Part shown: positions 16,277-31,520 of the stretch, piece after piece
Numbering within the stretch: the stretch's first letter is position 1
How the letters are laid out: the number at the start of each line of letters is the position of its first letter
Source: the human T2T-CHM13v2.0 reference genome, Homo sapiens
DNA: 64,000 nt
Strand: one strand, 5' to 3'
Assembly: GCF_009914755.1 (NCBI RefSeq)
Contig: NC_060935.1
Made by a program: the position numbers and the translations under genes
Notes under the pieces: generated by a model
What the model was told of the DNA's origin: nothing
The model's database searches: none
What the model saw: only the letters and a program-made list of their open reading frames with translations

Positions 16277-19200
16277 TATATATTCTGTTGTTGGGTGGCA
16301 TGTTCTATATTCTGTTGTTGGGTAGAGTGTTCTATATTCTGTTGTTTGGTGGCGTGTTCTATATTCTGTTGTTGGGTGGCATGTTCTATATTCTGTTGTT
16401 GGGTGGCATGTTCTATATTCTCTTGGGTGGATTGTTCTATATTCTGTTGTTGGGTGGATTGTTGTATATTCTGTTGTTGGGTGGTGTGTTCTATATTCTG
16501 TTGTTGGGTAGCGTGCTCTGTCTTCTGTTGTTGGGTGGCGTGTTCTATCTTCTGTTGTTGGGTGGCGTGTTCTATATTCTGTTTTTGGGTGGATTGTATA
16601 TTCTGGTGTTGGGTGGATTGTTCTATCTTCTGTTGTTGGGTGGAGTGTTCTATATTCTGTTGTTGGGTGGAATGTTGTCTATTCTGTTGTTGGGTGGATT
16701 GTTCTATATTCTGTTGTTGGGTGGTGTGTTTTATATTCTGTTGTTAGGTAGCGTGTTGTATATTCTGTTGTTGGGTGGCGTGTTCTATATTTTGTTGATG
16801 GCGTGTTCTATATTCTGTTGTTGGGTGGATTGTTCTATCTTCTGTTGTTGGGTGGCGTGTTCTATATTCTGTTGTTGGGTGGATTGTTCTATCTTCTGTT
16901 GTTGGGTGGCGTGTTGTATATTCTGTTGTTGGGTGGCGTGTTCTAAATTCCGTTGTTGGGTGGATTGTTCTATATTCTGTTTTTGGGTGGATTGTTCTAT
17001 ATTCTGTTGTTGGTGTAGTGTTCTATATTCTGTTGTTGGGTGGCGTGTTCTATATTCTGTTGTTGGGTGGCGTGTTCTATATTCCGTTGTTGGGTGGATT
17101 GTTCTATATTCTGTTGTTGGGTGGATTGTTCTGTATTCCGTTGTTGGTGTAGTGTTCTATATTCTGTTGTTGGTGTAGTGTTCTATATTCTGTTGTTGGT
17201 GCAGTGTTCTATATTCTGTTGTTGGTGCAGTGTTCTATATTCTGTTGTTGGGTGGCGTGTTCTATATTCCGTTGTTGGGTGGATTGTTCTATATTCCGTT
17301 GTTGGGTGGATTGTTCTATATTCTGTTGTTGGGTGGATTGTTCTATATTCTGTTGTTGGTGTGGTGTTCTATATTCTGTTGTTGGTGGAGTGTTCTACAT
17401 TCTGTTGTTGGGTGGCATGTTCTATATTCTGTTGTTGGGTGGATTGTTCTATATTCCGTTGTTGGTGTAGTGTTCTATATTGTGTTGTTGGGTGGATGTT
17501 CTATATTCCGTTGTTGGATGGCATGTTCTATCTTCCATTATTGGGTGGATTGTTCTGTATTCTGTTGTTGGGTGGCATGTTCTATATTCTGTTGTTGGGT
17601 GGCATGTTCTATCTTCTGTTGTTGGGTGGCGTGTTCTGTCTTCTGTTGTTGGGTGGCGTGTTCTGTATTCTGTTGTTGGGTGGCATGTTCTATCTTCTGT
17701 TGTTGGGTGGCGTGTTCTATCTTCTGTTGTTGCGCGGCATGTTCTGTATTCTGTTGTTGGGTGGCGTGTTCTGTATTCTGTTGTTGGGTGGCGTGTCCTA
17801 TCTTCTGTTGTTGGGTGGAGTGGTCTATCTTCTGTTGTTGGGTGGAGTGTTCTGTATTCTGTTGTGTGGAATGTTGTATATTCTGTTGTTGGGTGGATTG
17901 TTGTATATTCTCTTGTTCGGTGGCGTGTTTTATATTCTGTTGTTGAGTGGCGTGTTGTATATTCTGTTGTTGGGTGGTGTGTTCTATATTCTGTTGTTGG
18001 GTGGATTGTTCTATATTCTGTTGTTGGGTGGCGTGTTGTATATTCTGTTGTTGGGTGGATTGTTCTATCTTCTGTTGTTGGGTGGCGTGTTCTATATTCT
18101 GTTGTTGGGTGGCATGTTCTATCTTCTGTTGTTGCGTGGCGTGTTCTATCTTCTGTTGTTGGGTGGATTGTTCTATATTCTGTTGTTGGGTGGCTTGTTC
18201 TGTATTCTGTTGTTGGGTGGCATGTTCTGTATTCTGTTGTTGGTGGAGTGTTCTATCTTCTGTTGTTGGGTAGATTGTTCTATATTCTCTTGTTGGGTGA
18301 CAAGTTCTATATTCCGTTGTTGGATTGTGTGTTGTATATTCCGTTGTTGGGTGGTGTGTTCTATATTCTGTTGTTGGTGGCATGTTCTATATTCTGTTGT
18401 TGGGTGGAGTGTTGCATATTCTGTTGTTGGGTGGTGTGTTCTGTATTCTGTTGTTGGGTGGATTGTTCTATATTCCATTGTTGGTGGCGTGTTCTATATT
18501 CTGTTGTTGGGTGGAGTGCTGCATATTCTGTTGTTGGGTGGCGTGTTCTATATTCTGTTGTTGGGTGGCGTGTTCTATATTCTGGCGTTGGGTGGCGTGT
18601 TCTATATTCTGTTGTTGGGTGGCGTGTTCTATATTTTGTTGGTGGAGTGTTCTATATTCTGTTGTTGGGTGGAGTGTTGTATATTCTGTTGTTGGGTGGC
18701 GTGTTGTATATTCTGTTGTTGGGTGGTGTGTTCTATAATCTCTTGCTAGGTAGAGTGTTCTATATTCTGTTGTTGGGTGGCGTGTTCTGTATTCTGTTGT
18801 TGGTGGGGTGTTCTATATTCTGTTGTTGGTGGAGTGTTCTGTATTCTGTTGGTTGGAGTGTTCTACTATTGTTGGGTGGAGTGTTCTATCTTCTGTTGGG
18901 TGGAGTGTTCTGCTGTTGTTGGGTGGCGTGTTGTATATTCTGTTGTTGGGTGGCGTGTTGTATATTCTGTTGTTGGGTGGCGTGTTGTATATTCTGTTGT
19001 TGGTGTAGTGTTCTATATTCTGTTGTTGGGTAGTGTGTTCTATATTCTCTTGTTGGGTGGCGCGTTCTATATTCTCTTGTTGGGTGGCGCGTTCTATATT
19101 CTGTTGCTGGGGGGATTGTTGTATATTCTGTTGGGTGGAGTGTTCTATCTTCCGTTGTTAGGTGAAGTGTTCTATATTCTGTTGTTGAGTGGAGCATTCT

Positions 19201-21990
19201 ATCTTCTGTTGTTGGGTGGAGTGTTCTATCCTCTGTTGTTGGGTAGAGCATTCTATCCTCTGTTGTTGGGTGGAGGGTTCTGTCTTCTGTTGTTAGGTGG
19301 CATGTTCTATATTCTGTTGTTGGGTGGATTGTTCTATCTTCTGTTGTTGGATGGCGTGTTCTATCTTCTGTTGTTGGGTGGATGGATTGTTCTGTATTCT
19401 GTTGGGTGGCGTGTTCTATCTTCTGTTGTTGGGTGGATGGATTGTTCTGTATTCTGTTGGGTGGCATGTTCTATCTTCTGTTTTTGGGTGGAGCGTTCTA
19501 TCTTCTGTTGGGTGGCGCATTCTATATTCTGTTGTTGGGTGGCGTGTTCTGTATTCTGTTGTTGGGTGGCTTGTTCTGTATTCTGTTGTTGGGTGGCATG
19601 TTCTGTATTCTGTTGTTGGTGGAGTGTTCTATCTTCTGTTGTTGGGTAGATTGTTCTATATTCTCTTGTTGGGTGACAAGTTCTATATTCCGTTGTTGGA
19701 TTGTGTGTTGTATATTCCGTTGTTGGGTGGTGTGTTCTATATTCTGTTGTTGGTGGCATGTTCTATATTCTGTTGTTGGGTGGAGTGTTGCATATTCTGT
19801 TGTTGGGTGGTGTGTTCTGTATTCTGTTGTTGGGTGGATTGTTCTATATTCCATTGTTGGTGGCGTGTTCTATATTCTGTTGTTGGGTGGAGTGCTGCAT
19901 ATTCTGTTGTTGGGTGGCGTGTTCTATATTCTGTTGTTGGGTGGCGTGTTCTATATTCTGGCGTTGGGTGGCGTGTTCTATATTCTGTTGTTGGGTGGCG
20001 TGTTCTATATTTTGTTGGTGGAGTGTTCTATATTCTGTTGTTGGGTGGAGTGTTGTATATTCTGTTGTTGGGTGGCGTGTTGTATATTCTGTTGTTGGGT
20101 GGTGTGTTCTATAATCTCTTGCTAGGTAGAGTGTTCTATATTCTGTTGTTGGGTGGCGTGTTCTGTATTCTTTTGTTGGTGGGGTGTTCTATATTCTGTT
20201 GTTGGTGGAGTGTTCTGTATTCTGTTGGTTGGAGTGTTCTACTATTGTTGGGTGGAGTGTTCTATCTTCTGTTGGGTGGAGTGTTCTGCTGTTGTTGGGT
20301 GGCGTGTTGTATATTCTGTTGTTGGGTGGCGTGTTGTATATTCTGTTGTTGGGTGGCGTGTTGTATATTCTGTTGTTGGTGTAGTGTTCTATATTCTGTT
20401 GTTGGGTAGTGTGTTCTATATTCTCTTGTTGGGTGGCGCGTTCTATATTCTCTTGTTGGGTGGCGCGTTCTATATTCTGTTGCTGGGGGGATTGTTGTAT
20501 ATTCTGTTGGGTGGAGTGTTCTATCTTCCGTTGTTAGGTGAAGTGTTCTATATTCTGTTGTTGAGTGGAGCATTCTATCTTCTGTTGTTGGGTGGAGTGT
20601 TCTATCCTCTGTTGTTGGGTAGAGCATTCTATCCTCTGTTGTTGGGTGGAGGGTTCTGTCTTCTGTTGTTAGGTGGCATGTTCTATATTCTGTTGTTGGG
20701 TGGATTGTTCTATCTTCTGTTGTTGGATGGCGTGTTCTATCTTCTGTTGTTGGGTGGATGGATTGTTCTGTATTCTGTTGGGTGGCGTGTTCTATCTTCT
20801 GTTGTTGGGTGGATGGATTGTTCTGTATTCTGTTGGGTGGCATGTTCTATCTTCTGTTTTTGGGTGGAGCGTTCTATCTTCTGTTGGGTGGCGCATTCTA
20901 TATTCTGTTGTTGGGTGGCGTGTTCTGTATTCTGTTGTTGGGTGGCCTGTTCTGTATTCTGTTGTTGGGTGGAGTGTTGTATCTTCTGTTGTTGGATGGC
21001 ATGTTCTATCTTCTGTTGTTGGGTGGATTGTTCTATCTTCTGTTGTTGGATGGCATGTTCTATCTTCTGTTGTTGGGTGGATGGATTGTTCTGTATTCTG
21101 TTGGGTGGCATGTTCTATCTTCTGTTGTTGGGTGGAGCGTTCTATCTTCTGTTGTTGGGTGGAGCGTTCTATCTTCTGTTGTTGGGTGGAGCGTTCTATC
21201 TTCTGTTGGGTGGCACGTTCTGTATTCTGTTGTTGGGTGGCGTGTTCTGTATTCTGTTGTTGGGTGGCGTGTTCTATATTCTGTTGTTGGGTGGCGTGTT
21301 CTATATTCTGTTGGGTGGCATGTTCTATATTCTGTTGTTGGGTGGCGTGTTCTATATTCTGTTGTTGGTGGCGTGTTCTACTGTTGTTGGGTGGAGTGTT
21401 CTATCTTCTGTTGTTGGGTGGCGTGTTCTATCCTCTGTTGTTGGGTGGAGTGTTCTGTATTCTTTCGTTGGGTAGATTGTTCTATATTCTCTTGTTGGGT
21501 GGCATGTTATATTTTCTGTTGTTGGGTGGCGTGTTCTGTATTCTGTTGTTGGGTTACATGTTCTATATTCCATTGTTGGGTGGCATGTTCTATATTCTGT
21601 TGTTGGTGGCGTGTTCTATATTCTGTTGTTTGTGGAGTGTTCTATATTCTGTCGTTTGTGGCGTGTTTTATATTCTGTTGGGTGGTGTGTTCTGTATTCT
21701 GTTGTTGGGTGGCGTGTTCTATATTCTGTTGTTGGTGGCATGTTCTGTATTCTCTTGCTGGGTAGGGTGTTCTATATTCTGTTGTTGGGTAGAGTGTTCT
21801 ATATTCTGTTGTTGGGTGGATTGTTCTATATTCTGTTGTTGAGTGGCGTGTTCTATGTTCTCTTGTTGGGTGGCGTGTTCTGTATTCTCTTGTTGGGTGG
21901 CGTGTTCTATCTTCTGTTGTTGGGTGGCGTGTTCTACATTCCATTGTTGGGTGGAGTGTTCTATATTCTGTTGTTGGGTGGTGTGTTCTA
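16277..21990. repeat. Minisatellite/VNTR, 27-bp unit (consensus TGTTCTATATTCTGTTGTTGGGTGGCG), roughly 210 copies
   Basis: Directly visible tandem array; 9-aa periodicity (GGVFYILLL) in the ORF track. Confidence 0.98.
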
Positions 21991-22200
21991 TGAAACGTCA
22001 GGTCAAGTTTGTTAAGGGTTGTTAGTTTAGGTTTTCTATATTCTTAATTTTTTTCTTTTTTTGCTTCTTTCATCAGTTGCTATGAGAAAGAAGTGTTGAA
22101 TTTTTTCAACTATAATTGTGAATTTGCCTGTTTCCCCATTTAGTCCTGTTGGTTGTTGCTTTATCTCTTCTCTAAAACTATATTTTAACTGACTTTTACT
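21991..22200 (-). mobile_element. Continuation of the same L1 (endonuclease region) after the VNTR
   Basis: gtgttgaa...aactataattgtgaatttgcctgtttcccc matches antisense L1 ORF2 EN; the minus ORF contains TIIVE. Confidence 0.75.
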
Positions 22201-22635
22201 GATTTTGAAATGGATTTTTTCTTTAGGAAAACAAAGTGTTAAAATGTAAACCAACCAGAGATAATTTTAGTGAGCAGTGTTGAATTGAGCCTTCAAACTT
22301 GTTCATGAGTCGTGATCAATCTTTGTCACATTATTATACTAAAAACTATCTCAGAGAGGAAATTTATAGCCAGTTACAGTTTTTTTGTAGTTTGATTTAA
22401 AAGTTAAATTTATCACAACGAATCATATATTTTTCATGTTACTATTCCTGTTGTATAAAAATTTTACTAACAAATTTAAAAGGTGAGAAGAGATCAAATT
22501 ATTTTGCAATTATAAAATTATCATTAGTTTAGCCTTTGAGAATATAGGTAATAGATTAAAAATTCATTTTAAAAATGATATAAACTACTTTTGAGACTTC
22601 CTCTGTAACTGACCTTTTCCATTTATGAAAAGCAG

Positions 22636-22811
22636 ACACTCGCCTATGGGGACATGAACCACGAGTGGATCGGCAACGAGTGGCTCCCCAGCCTGGGCCT
22701 CCCCCAGTACCGCAGCTACTTCATGGAGTGCCTTGTAGACGCCAGGATGCTGGACCACTTGACCAAGAAAGACCTTCGAGGGCAGCTGAAAATGGTCGAC
22801 AGTTTTCACAG
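22636..22811 (+). CDS. PPFIA1: PPFIA1 exon, SAM2 ([59 protein letters not shown])
   Basis: aagcag acceptor and gtaact donor; conserved SAM2 sequence. Confidence 0.97.
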
Positions 22812-22897
22812 GTAACTTAATGGAGATAGTTCTTAATAATTGGCTAAGATTTTTCACTGTTACCATCTCTAAATCATCTCTCTTTTCTTCCAAATAG

Positions 22898-22995
22898 AAA
22901 CAGTTTCCAGTGTGGAATTATGTGCCTGAGAAGGTTAAATTATGACCGGAAAGAACTGGAAAGAAAAAGAGAAGAAAGTCAGAGTGAAATAAAAG
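22898..22995 (+). CDS. PPFIA1: PPFIA1 exon, [32 protein letters not shown]
   Basis: 86-nt preceding intron; tag acceptor and gttagt donor; frame continuous. Confidence 0.95.
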
Positions 22996-23619
22996 GTTAG
23001 TACATGACATTTAATTGATTCGGTTTACTCCTACTTGCTGGTGTGTTTGGAGCCTCAGTGACTTCCTATTTTTCAAAAAATCAAGAAAGGCTAAATTTAA
23101 GTGGAGAAAACTAACTAGTCTAGTGTCATTGCAGAGGAGGGCTGGATGAAGTTGAGTGCTTTTGAGATTCTCTTCCACAGCTAGAGAACTGTTCCCTGTG
23201 TTCTCACACATCAGTCTGGAGGTTAAATGTCTCCGGCTAGTCGTTTCCTGTGAGTTGAGAGTTTTCCTTTGGTCATGCCCTGTGTACTCCTTCACTCCGA
23301 AATGCTGTTCCACACTGTTAGATAACAACAGAGCAAAGCTCACTTGATGATTCAAGTGTGAGAAATATGACTGGGGGCTTATCCAAGGGGTTCAGGAGAA
23401 CAGGAGAGCACCGTGCAGTTCTGCTCCCGGAGGGGAAGGAGAGGCAGCGTCCGCATTTCAGCTGGTCCTTGAAGAAGGAGGAGGAGCTGCTTAGGGTAAG
23501 GAAAAGGCATTTCAGTTGGAAAACACAGGCCAGGGAGGCGTTAGAGGATGTGAGACATTCATCCAGAAGACGTGGAGTTGGTTCTCTTCTCCGTTGGGGA
23601 GTCCCTCACTCGTACTCAA

Positions 23620-24810
23620 ATTTATTTGTTTGTTTGTTTATTTATTTATTTAATTTATTTTGAGACAGGGTCTTGCTCTGTAGCCCAGGCTAGGCTGGAG
23701 TGCAGTGGTGTGATCACAGCTCACTACAGCCTTGAACTCCTGGGCTCAAGTGCTCTTCCTGCCTTAGCCTCCCTAGTAGCTCCTGGGAGTACAGGTGTGC
23801 TCCACCATGCCTGGAATTTTTTTTTTTTTTTGTAGAGACAGGGTCTCGCTATGTTGCCTAGGCTGATCTCGAACTTTTGGGCTCAGGGGATCCTCCCACC
23901 TTGGCCTTCCAAAGTGTTGGGATTACAGGTGTGAGCCACCACACCCAGTCAGAATTTGCTTTTAAAATTAGACAGTAAACATTAAGCTCAGAGTAATGAC
24001 TCCCAGAATTCCTGGAATGCAAGGAAGTCACCAATAACAATAATGATAAGAAGAGGCCAGTCTTACTAACAGTGAGTAGGTGCCAGGTGGTGTTCTAAGT
24101 ACTCAGGGGTTGCTTTCTTTCATCTTTACCTTAGCCCTGTCAGTCTAAGTGCTGTTTTCATCCCCACTTTATACTAAGAAAGAAACTAAGGATAAAAATA
24201 TGGTTGGGAGATGGCCCAGTTGAAGGGAAGTCTACTTGTGATTGAGTTAATGTGAATCAGGAGAAAAGTCGTAAGTCGACATTTATACAGTGTGTGTATA
24301 TGTATGGACTTTTATCCAGAAAAGGGCATTGGCAATGAAATATGTCCATCTGTTTTGTTTTCTGTATCTATTTTACATCTTTTTCCAATAGACAAAGATC
24401 TTTGGAAGTGTCTTTGGAAGTGATTGGTGATCATCTGCATATATTTTTAGAGTGGCTATTTTTAGATCTAATAGAGCAAATTGAATAATTTGTTAATTTG
24501 CATAAGATATTGTGGCTGGGCATGGTAGCTCATGCCTGTAATCTCAGCACTTTGGGAGGCCAAGGCAGGAGTATTGTCTGAGCCCATGAGTTCAAGACCA
24601 GCCTGGGGAACATAGTGAGACCCTGTCAGTACAAAAAAATTAGCTGAGCTTCGTGACACACGCCTGTAGTTCCAGCTCCTCAGGAGGCTGAGGTGGGAAA
24701 AATCACTTGAGCCCAGGAGGTTGAGGCTGCAGTGAGCTATGATGGTACCAGGCTGTATCCAGCCTGGGTGACAGAGCAGGACATTGTCAAGAAAAAGAGA
24801 GGAAAAAAAA
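23620..24810. mobile_element. AluJ minus (23620-23948), MIR-like (24040-24200), AluJ plus (24515-24810)
   Basis: Consensus similarity. Confidence 0.8.
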
Positions 24811-25339
24811 AGATTTTCTGCAAAGTCTCTAATGTGCTGGATGATATTGTTAAGTTTCTCTCATTTTAAAATGAGACAAAGACTTCGAGATTAGAAATGA
24901 GAGGTTTCTGTTGAATTGAGCAAAGTGTTCATATTATTATGGAGCCAGCTCCATCCGTGATGAAGTATTTCAGAAGACTCTCCAGTCTGTGTGTGAAGCA
25001 TGTTTATACATGTTAGGTATTCAAGTTCTTGCAGTCCTCTGGCTTCTGATCCCTGGATCCTCATCATCTTCTTTTCTCTAGAAATAATAACTTCATTCCT
25101 CTCGTGCTCACTGGAAGGATGAGTTCTAATGGGAGAGTCTCCCTGAGAGTGGAGCAGGGCCAGGACACCATTGTCTCAGTGCAGCAAATGGTTGTCTATT
25201 TAGCAGTGTCTCCCAGCACTTTTCTCAGGAGCCGAAGGATTAGGAACCATGGTAGGAATCTTTCTCCTGCATTACAGGGTACATGTGATAAAGATGGCTT
25301 TCTGAAGCCACTTTTATAATTGTCTTTATTCTTTTGCAG

Positions 25340-25515
25340 ACGTGCTTGTTTGGAGCAATGATCGAGTGATTCGCTGGATCCTGTCAATTGGCCTTAAAGA
25401 ATATGCAAACAATCTTATAGAGAGTGGTGTTCACGGAGCACTTCTGGCCTTAGATGAAACCTTCGACTTCAGTGCACTGGCACTGCTGTTACAGATCCCG
25501 ACGCAGAACACACAG
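25340..25515 (+). CDS. PPFIA1: PPFIA1 exon, SAM3 ([59 protein letters not shown])
   Basis: ttttgcag acceptor and gtgacg donor; conserved SAM3 sequence. Confidence 0.97.
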
Positions 25516-25929
25516 GTGACGCCAAACCTGTCTGTGTCTGCACTCATTGTTCAGTTGGCACCCTGATTATAGACAGCTAGTTATTCGAATAGAAAGAAAC
25601 TTTAAAAAAAAAAAAAAAAAAAAACTTCAGACAACTAGTTTTTGGTTTTTTTTTTTTTTTTTGGTCTATTGTCTTTCCCTTTTCTGTTGGAAGCATGAGA
25701 GTCCTGCAATAAACCAGATAAGGACGATCTTTCATTCCAGCCCATGTGCCTGATCAGAAGAGTGACATATATTTAGTTCTTACATGGAAAGAGAAGTGTT
25801 TTTAGGTGTGCCACATGAAGATTTTATTAATTTTGTTTTTATGGGTAATTGCCTTATGCCATTCTTTTTGACTCATGGGCTCATTTGAAAAACAGGGAAC
25901 TTTTATTCCTCTACAGAACATTGAATATG

Positions 25930-26848
<919 letters not shown>

Positions 26849-26953
26849 AGCAGTGAGGGAGTTTAAGTCTTGGTTTAAAAAACAATTACGATGCTAACAC
26901 CCTTCAAATTAGATTTGATGAAAGTTTTATTTGTTTTTCTTTGGTTATTTCAG

Positions 26954-27022
26954 GCTCGTGCTGTCTTGGAAAGAGAATTTAACAACCTTTTGGTCATGGG
27001 GACTGATAGAAGGTTTGATGAA
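26954..27022 (+). CDS. PPFIA1: PPFIA1 exon, ARAVLEREFNNLLVMGTDRRFDE
   Basis: tttcag acceptor and gtaagt donor; 69 nt, in frame. Confidence 0.95.
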
Positions 27023-27204
27023 GTAAGTTTTTGGCCTAATGTTCTTTAAATGTCTGAAATGTGTGTAAATGTTTAAATGTGTGTGAAATGTAAGCTGTTA
27101 TTATTATTATACTTGGGACATCATGTAGCTAGGCAGTCTCTCTGGATGTTAGAAGTCAGGCTTTGCTCTTATACATTTATTCACAAATGAGCCTTTAAAA
27201 ACTA

Positions 27205-27673
<469 letters not shown>

Positions 27674-28451
27674 TTATCCTACCCCAGTCCAGAGTGTACC
27701 CCCATACTCCTGTGCATGGGTGGGGTGGCATGTTTCAGAAGTATATTAAAAACACAAAATGTTAATTTCCCCTTAAAACCATGACTCATTTGTTCCACAC
27801 GATTAGGAGTCTCTTAATTGGACCTTAAGAAAAGTTGAGTTTGACAGAGAGAATAGAAGACCACCTCTAAAGATGAAGCACTTGTTGCTATATCCTGGCA
27901 TAAGATAAAATTGTTTCTAGTTAAAAATTGTTTGTAGAGCTGCATGTGGTAGGGGCACACCTGTAGTTCCAGCTACTTAGGAGGCTGCGGTGGGAGGATG
28001 GCTTGAGCCCAGGAGTTTGAGGTTACAGTGAGCTATAATCACACCACTGCATTCCAGCTCGGGCAACAGATCTAGACTCTGTCTGTAAAAACATAAATAA
28101 AAATGAAAAATAAACTATTTTTAAGATAAATAAAAACGTATTACGTTGCAAGAAAGTGATTCCTGCAAGGTGTAAGAAGTAGAACATGATGCTGTGGAGA
28201 AGGAGCACATCCTCATGGCCCAGCACCGACCTCATTTCGCCAGCTGAGGCCCAGCCGGACCATCACCATGCCCCGTTTCACGCTGAAGTTCCAGGTTGGG
28301 CAATATATTGTGTGGTCATCAAGAAGGGATTAAATACATGTGGACAAGAATACATTCTCGAGATCAGCAGTCATTTTAAAGGACATGTAACTTTACATCT
28401 CTGACCTTTATTTTTTAAATGAATCTTGTTTTTTGTTCCTTAATTTACCAG

Positions 28452-28617
28452 GATGATGATAAAAGCTTTAGGAGAGCACCTTCATGGAGAAAAAAGTTTA
28501 GACCAAAGGACATTCGTGGCTTAGCTGCTGGGTCAGCAGAGACTCTCCCTGCAAACTTCCGGGTGACTTCTTCTATGTCTTCCCCCTCTATGCAGCCAAA
28601 GAAGATGCAGATGGACG
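28452..28617 (+). CDS. PPFIA1: PPFIA1 exon, DDDKSFRRAPSWRKKFRPKD...KKMQMD. Read-through of the donor gives a short C-terminus ...MDGM* (TGA 28623-28625)
   Basis: ccag acceptor and gtatgt donor; in-frame stop just inside the intron; AATAAA at 28858-28863. Confidence 0.93.
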
Positions 28618-28857
28618 GTATGTGATGGGTCACACTAACCTGTCACTTGTTGGGAGCATGAGCAGCTTTCTGTCTGGAACATTAATAATGATCTAAAACG
28701 GCCTATTTAATATGTTACAAGGCACTTGAGTATGGTTGCATGTCCAAATATAAATGTTTTTAAATTAACTCTAACATTTGTTTATAAAAGTTTAACCATA
28801 ATAATAGAATTTTTAAAACACGCTTGTCTGGTTGAATCTTAGCATATTTTTCCAACT

Positions 28858-28863
28858 AATAAA
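28858..28863 (+). terminator. Intronic polyadenylation signal for the short PPFIA1 isoform
   Basis: AATAAA about 230 nt after the read-through stop, followed by GT/T-rich sequence. Confidence 0.65.
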
Positions 28864-29339
28864 GCTCAGTATTCGTCTGTGTTCTCAGAGAGAGACTGAG
28901 GCATACTTGTAAATTTGTGTCTGTGACAGGCCGTGCTAGAAAGCTCTTTCAGGAAATAGTAGTGTAGTAGTAGCTTCCAAACCACATAATTTACTGCTCT
29001 CCACACCAGAGAAAATAACTGAGTACATTTTTAAGAACACACAGTTTCCAGCTTGTGTGAGCTCTGCCTATGCTTTCTGCCCTCCCTGCTGCTGCTGTTC
29101 CGTGCAGTCACATGTCTACCCATTAGAGGGCAGGGAAGGGAGGAAGGTGAACCTCCAAGAAGTCCCCAGTGGAGCGAGGCAGCTATTGACTATACCAGCC
29201 AGAGAGAGAGCATCACTGCCATGATTTCACATGCAGTTTGGGATTTTCCCTTAGACGGCCACTTTGATTTGAGGTTAACAGTTGACCATGGCTTCCTTAC
29301 AGGTCTCTCAACTCTGCCCTTGTACTCATCTAATGAAAG

Positions 29340-29520
29340 GCAGTGCACAGGTTGAAGAGCCAGGCTGCCTAGGTTTGACTCCAGCTCTGCCACTAGGAGG
29401 TGCATGACCCTGAACAAGTCATTTAACTACCCTGGCCTCGGTCTCCCCATCTGTAAAATGGTCGTCATGGTAGTGTCTTCCTCATAGAGTAGTTGCGATG
29501 ATTGAATGCCTCATTCATTA
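29340..29520 (+). mobile_element. MIR
   Basis: tgaccctgaacaagtcatttaac...catctgtaaaatgg core. Confidence 0.75.
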
Positions 29521-29653
29521 AGCTGGTGAAGTTCTGAGCCCGTGTCAGTCGGGGCTGTTTGGCAGCCCCTGTGCTACACACAGGTCACTCATGCTCACTT
29601 CTGAGGCCAGTGAGCAGACTGGAGGAAAGGAAGTGGCATTAAAAACTGTGCTA

Positions 29654-31520
<1,867 letters not shown>

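Noticed and set aside
16277-21990. CRISPR-like or phage-like array
   Set aside because: Head-to-tail repeats without unique spacers, in a human intron.
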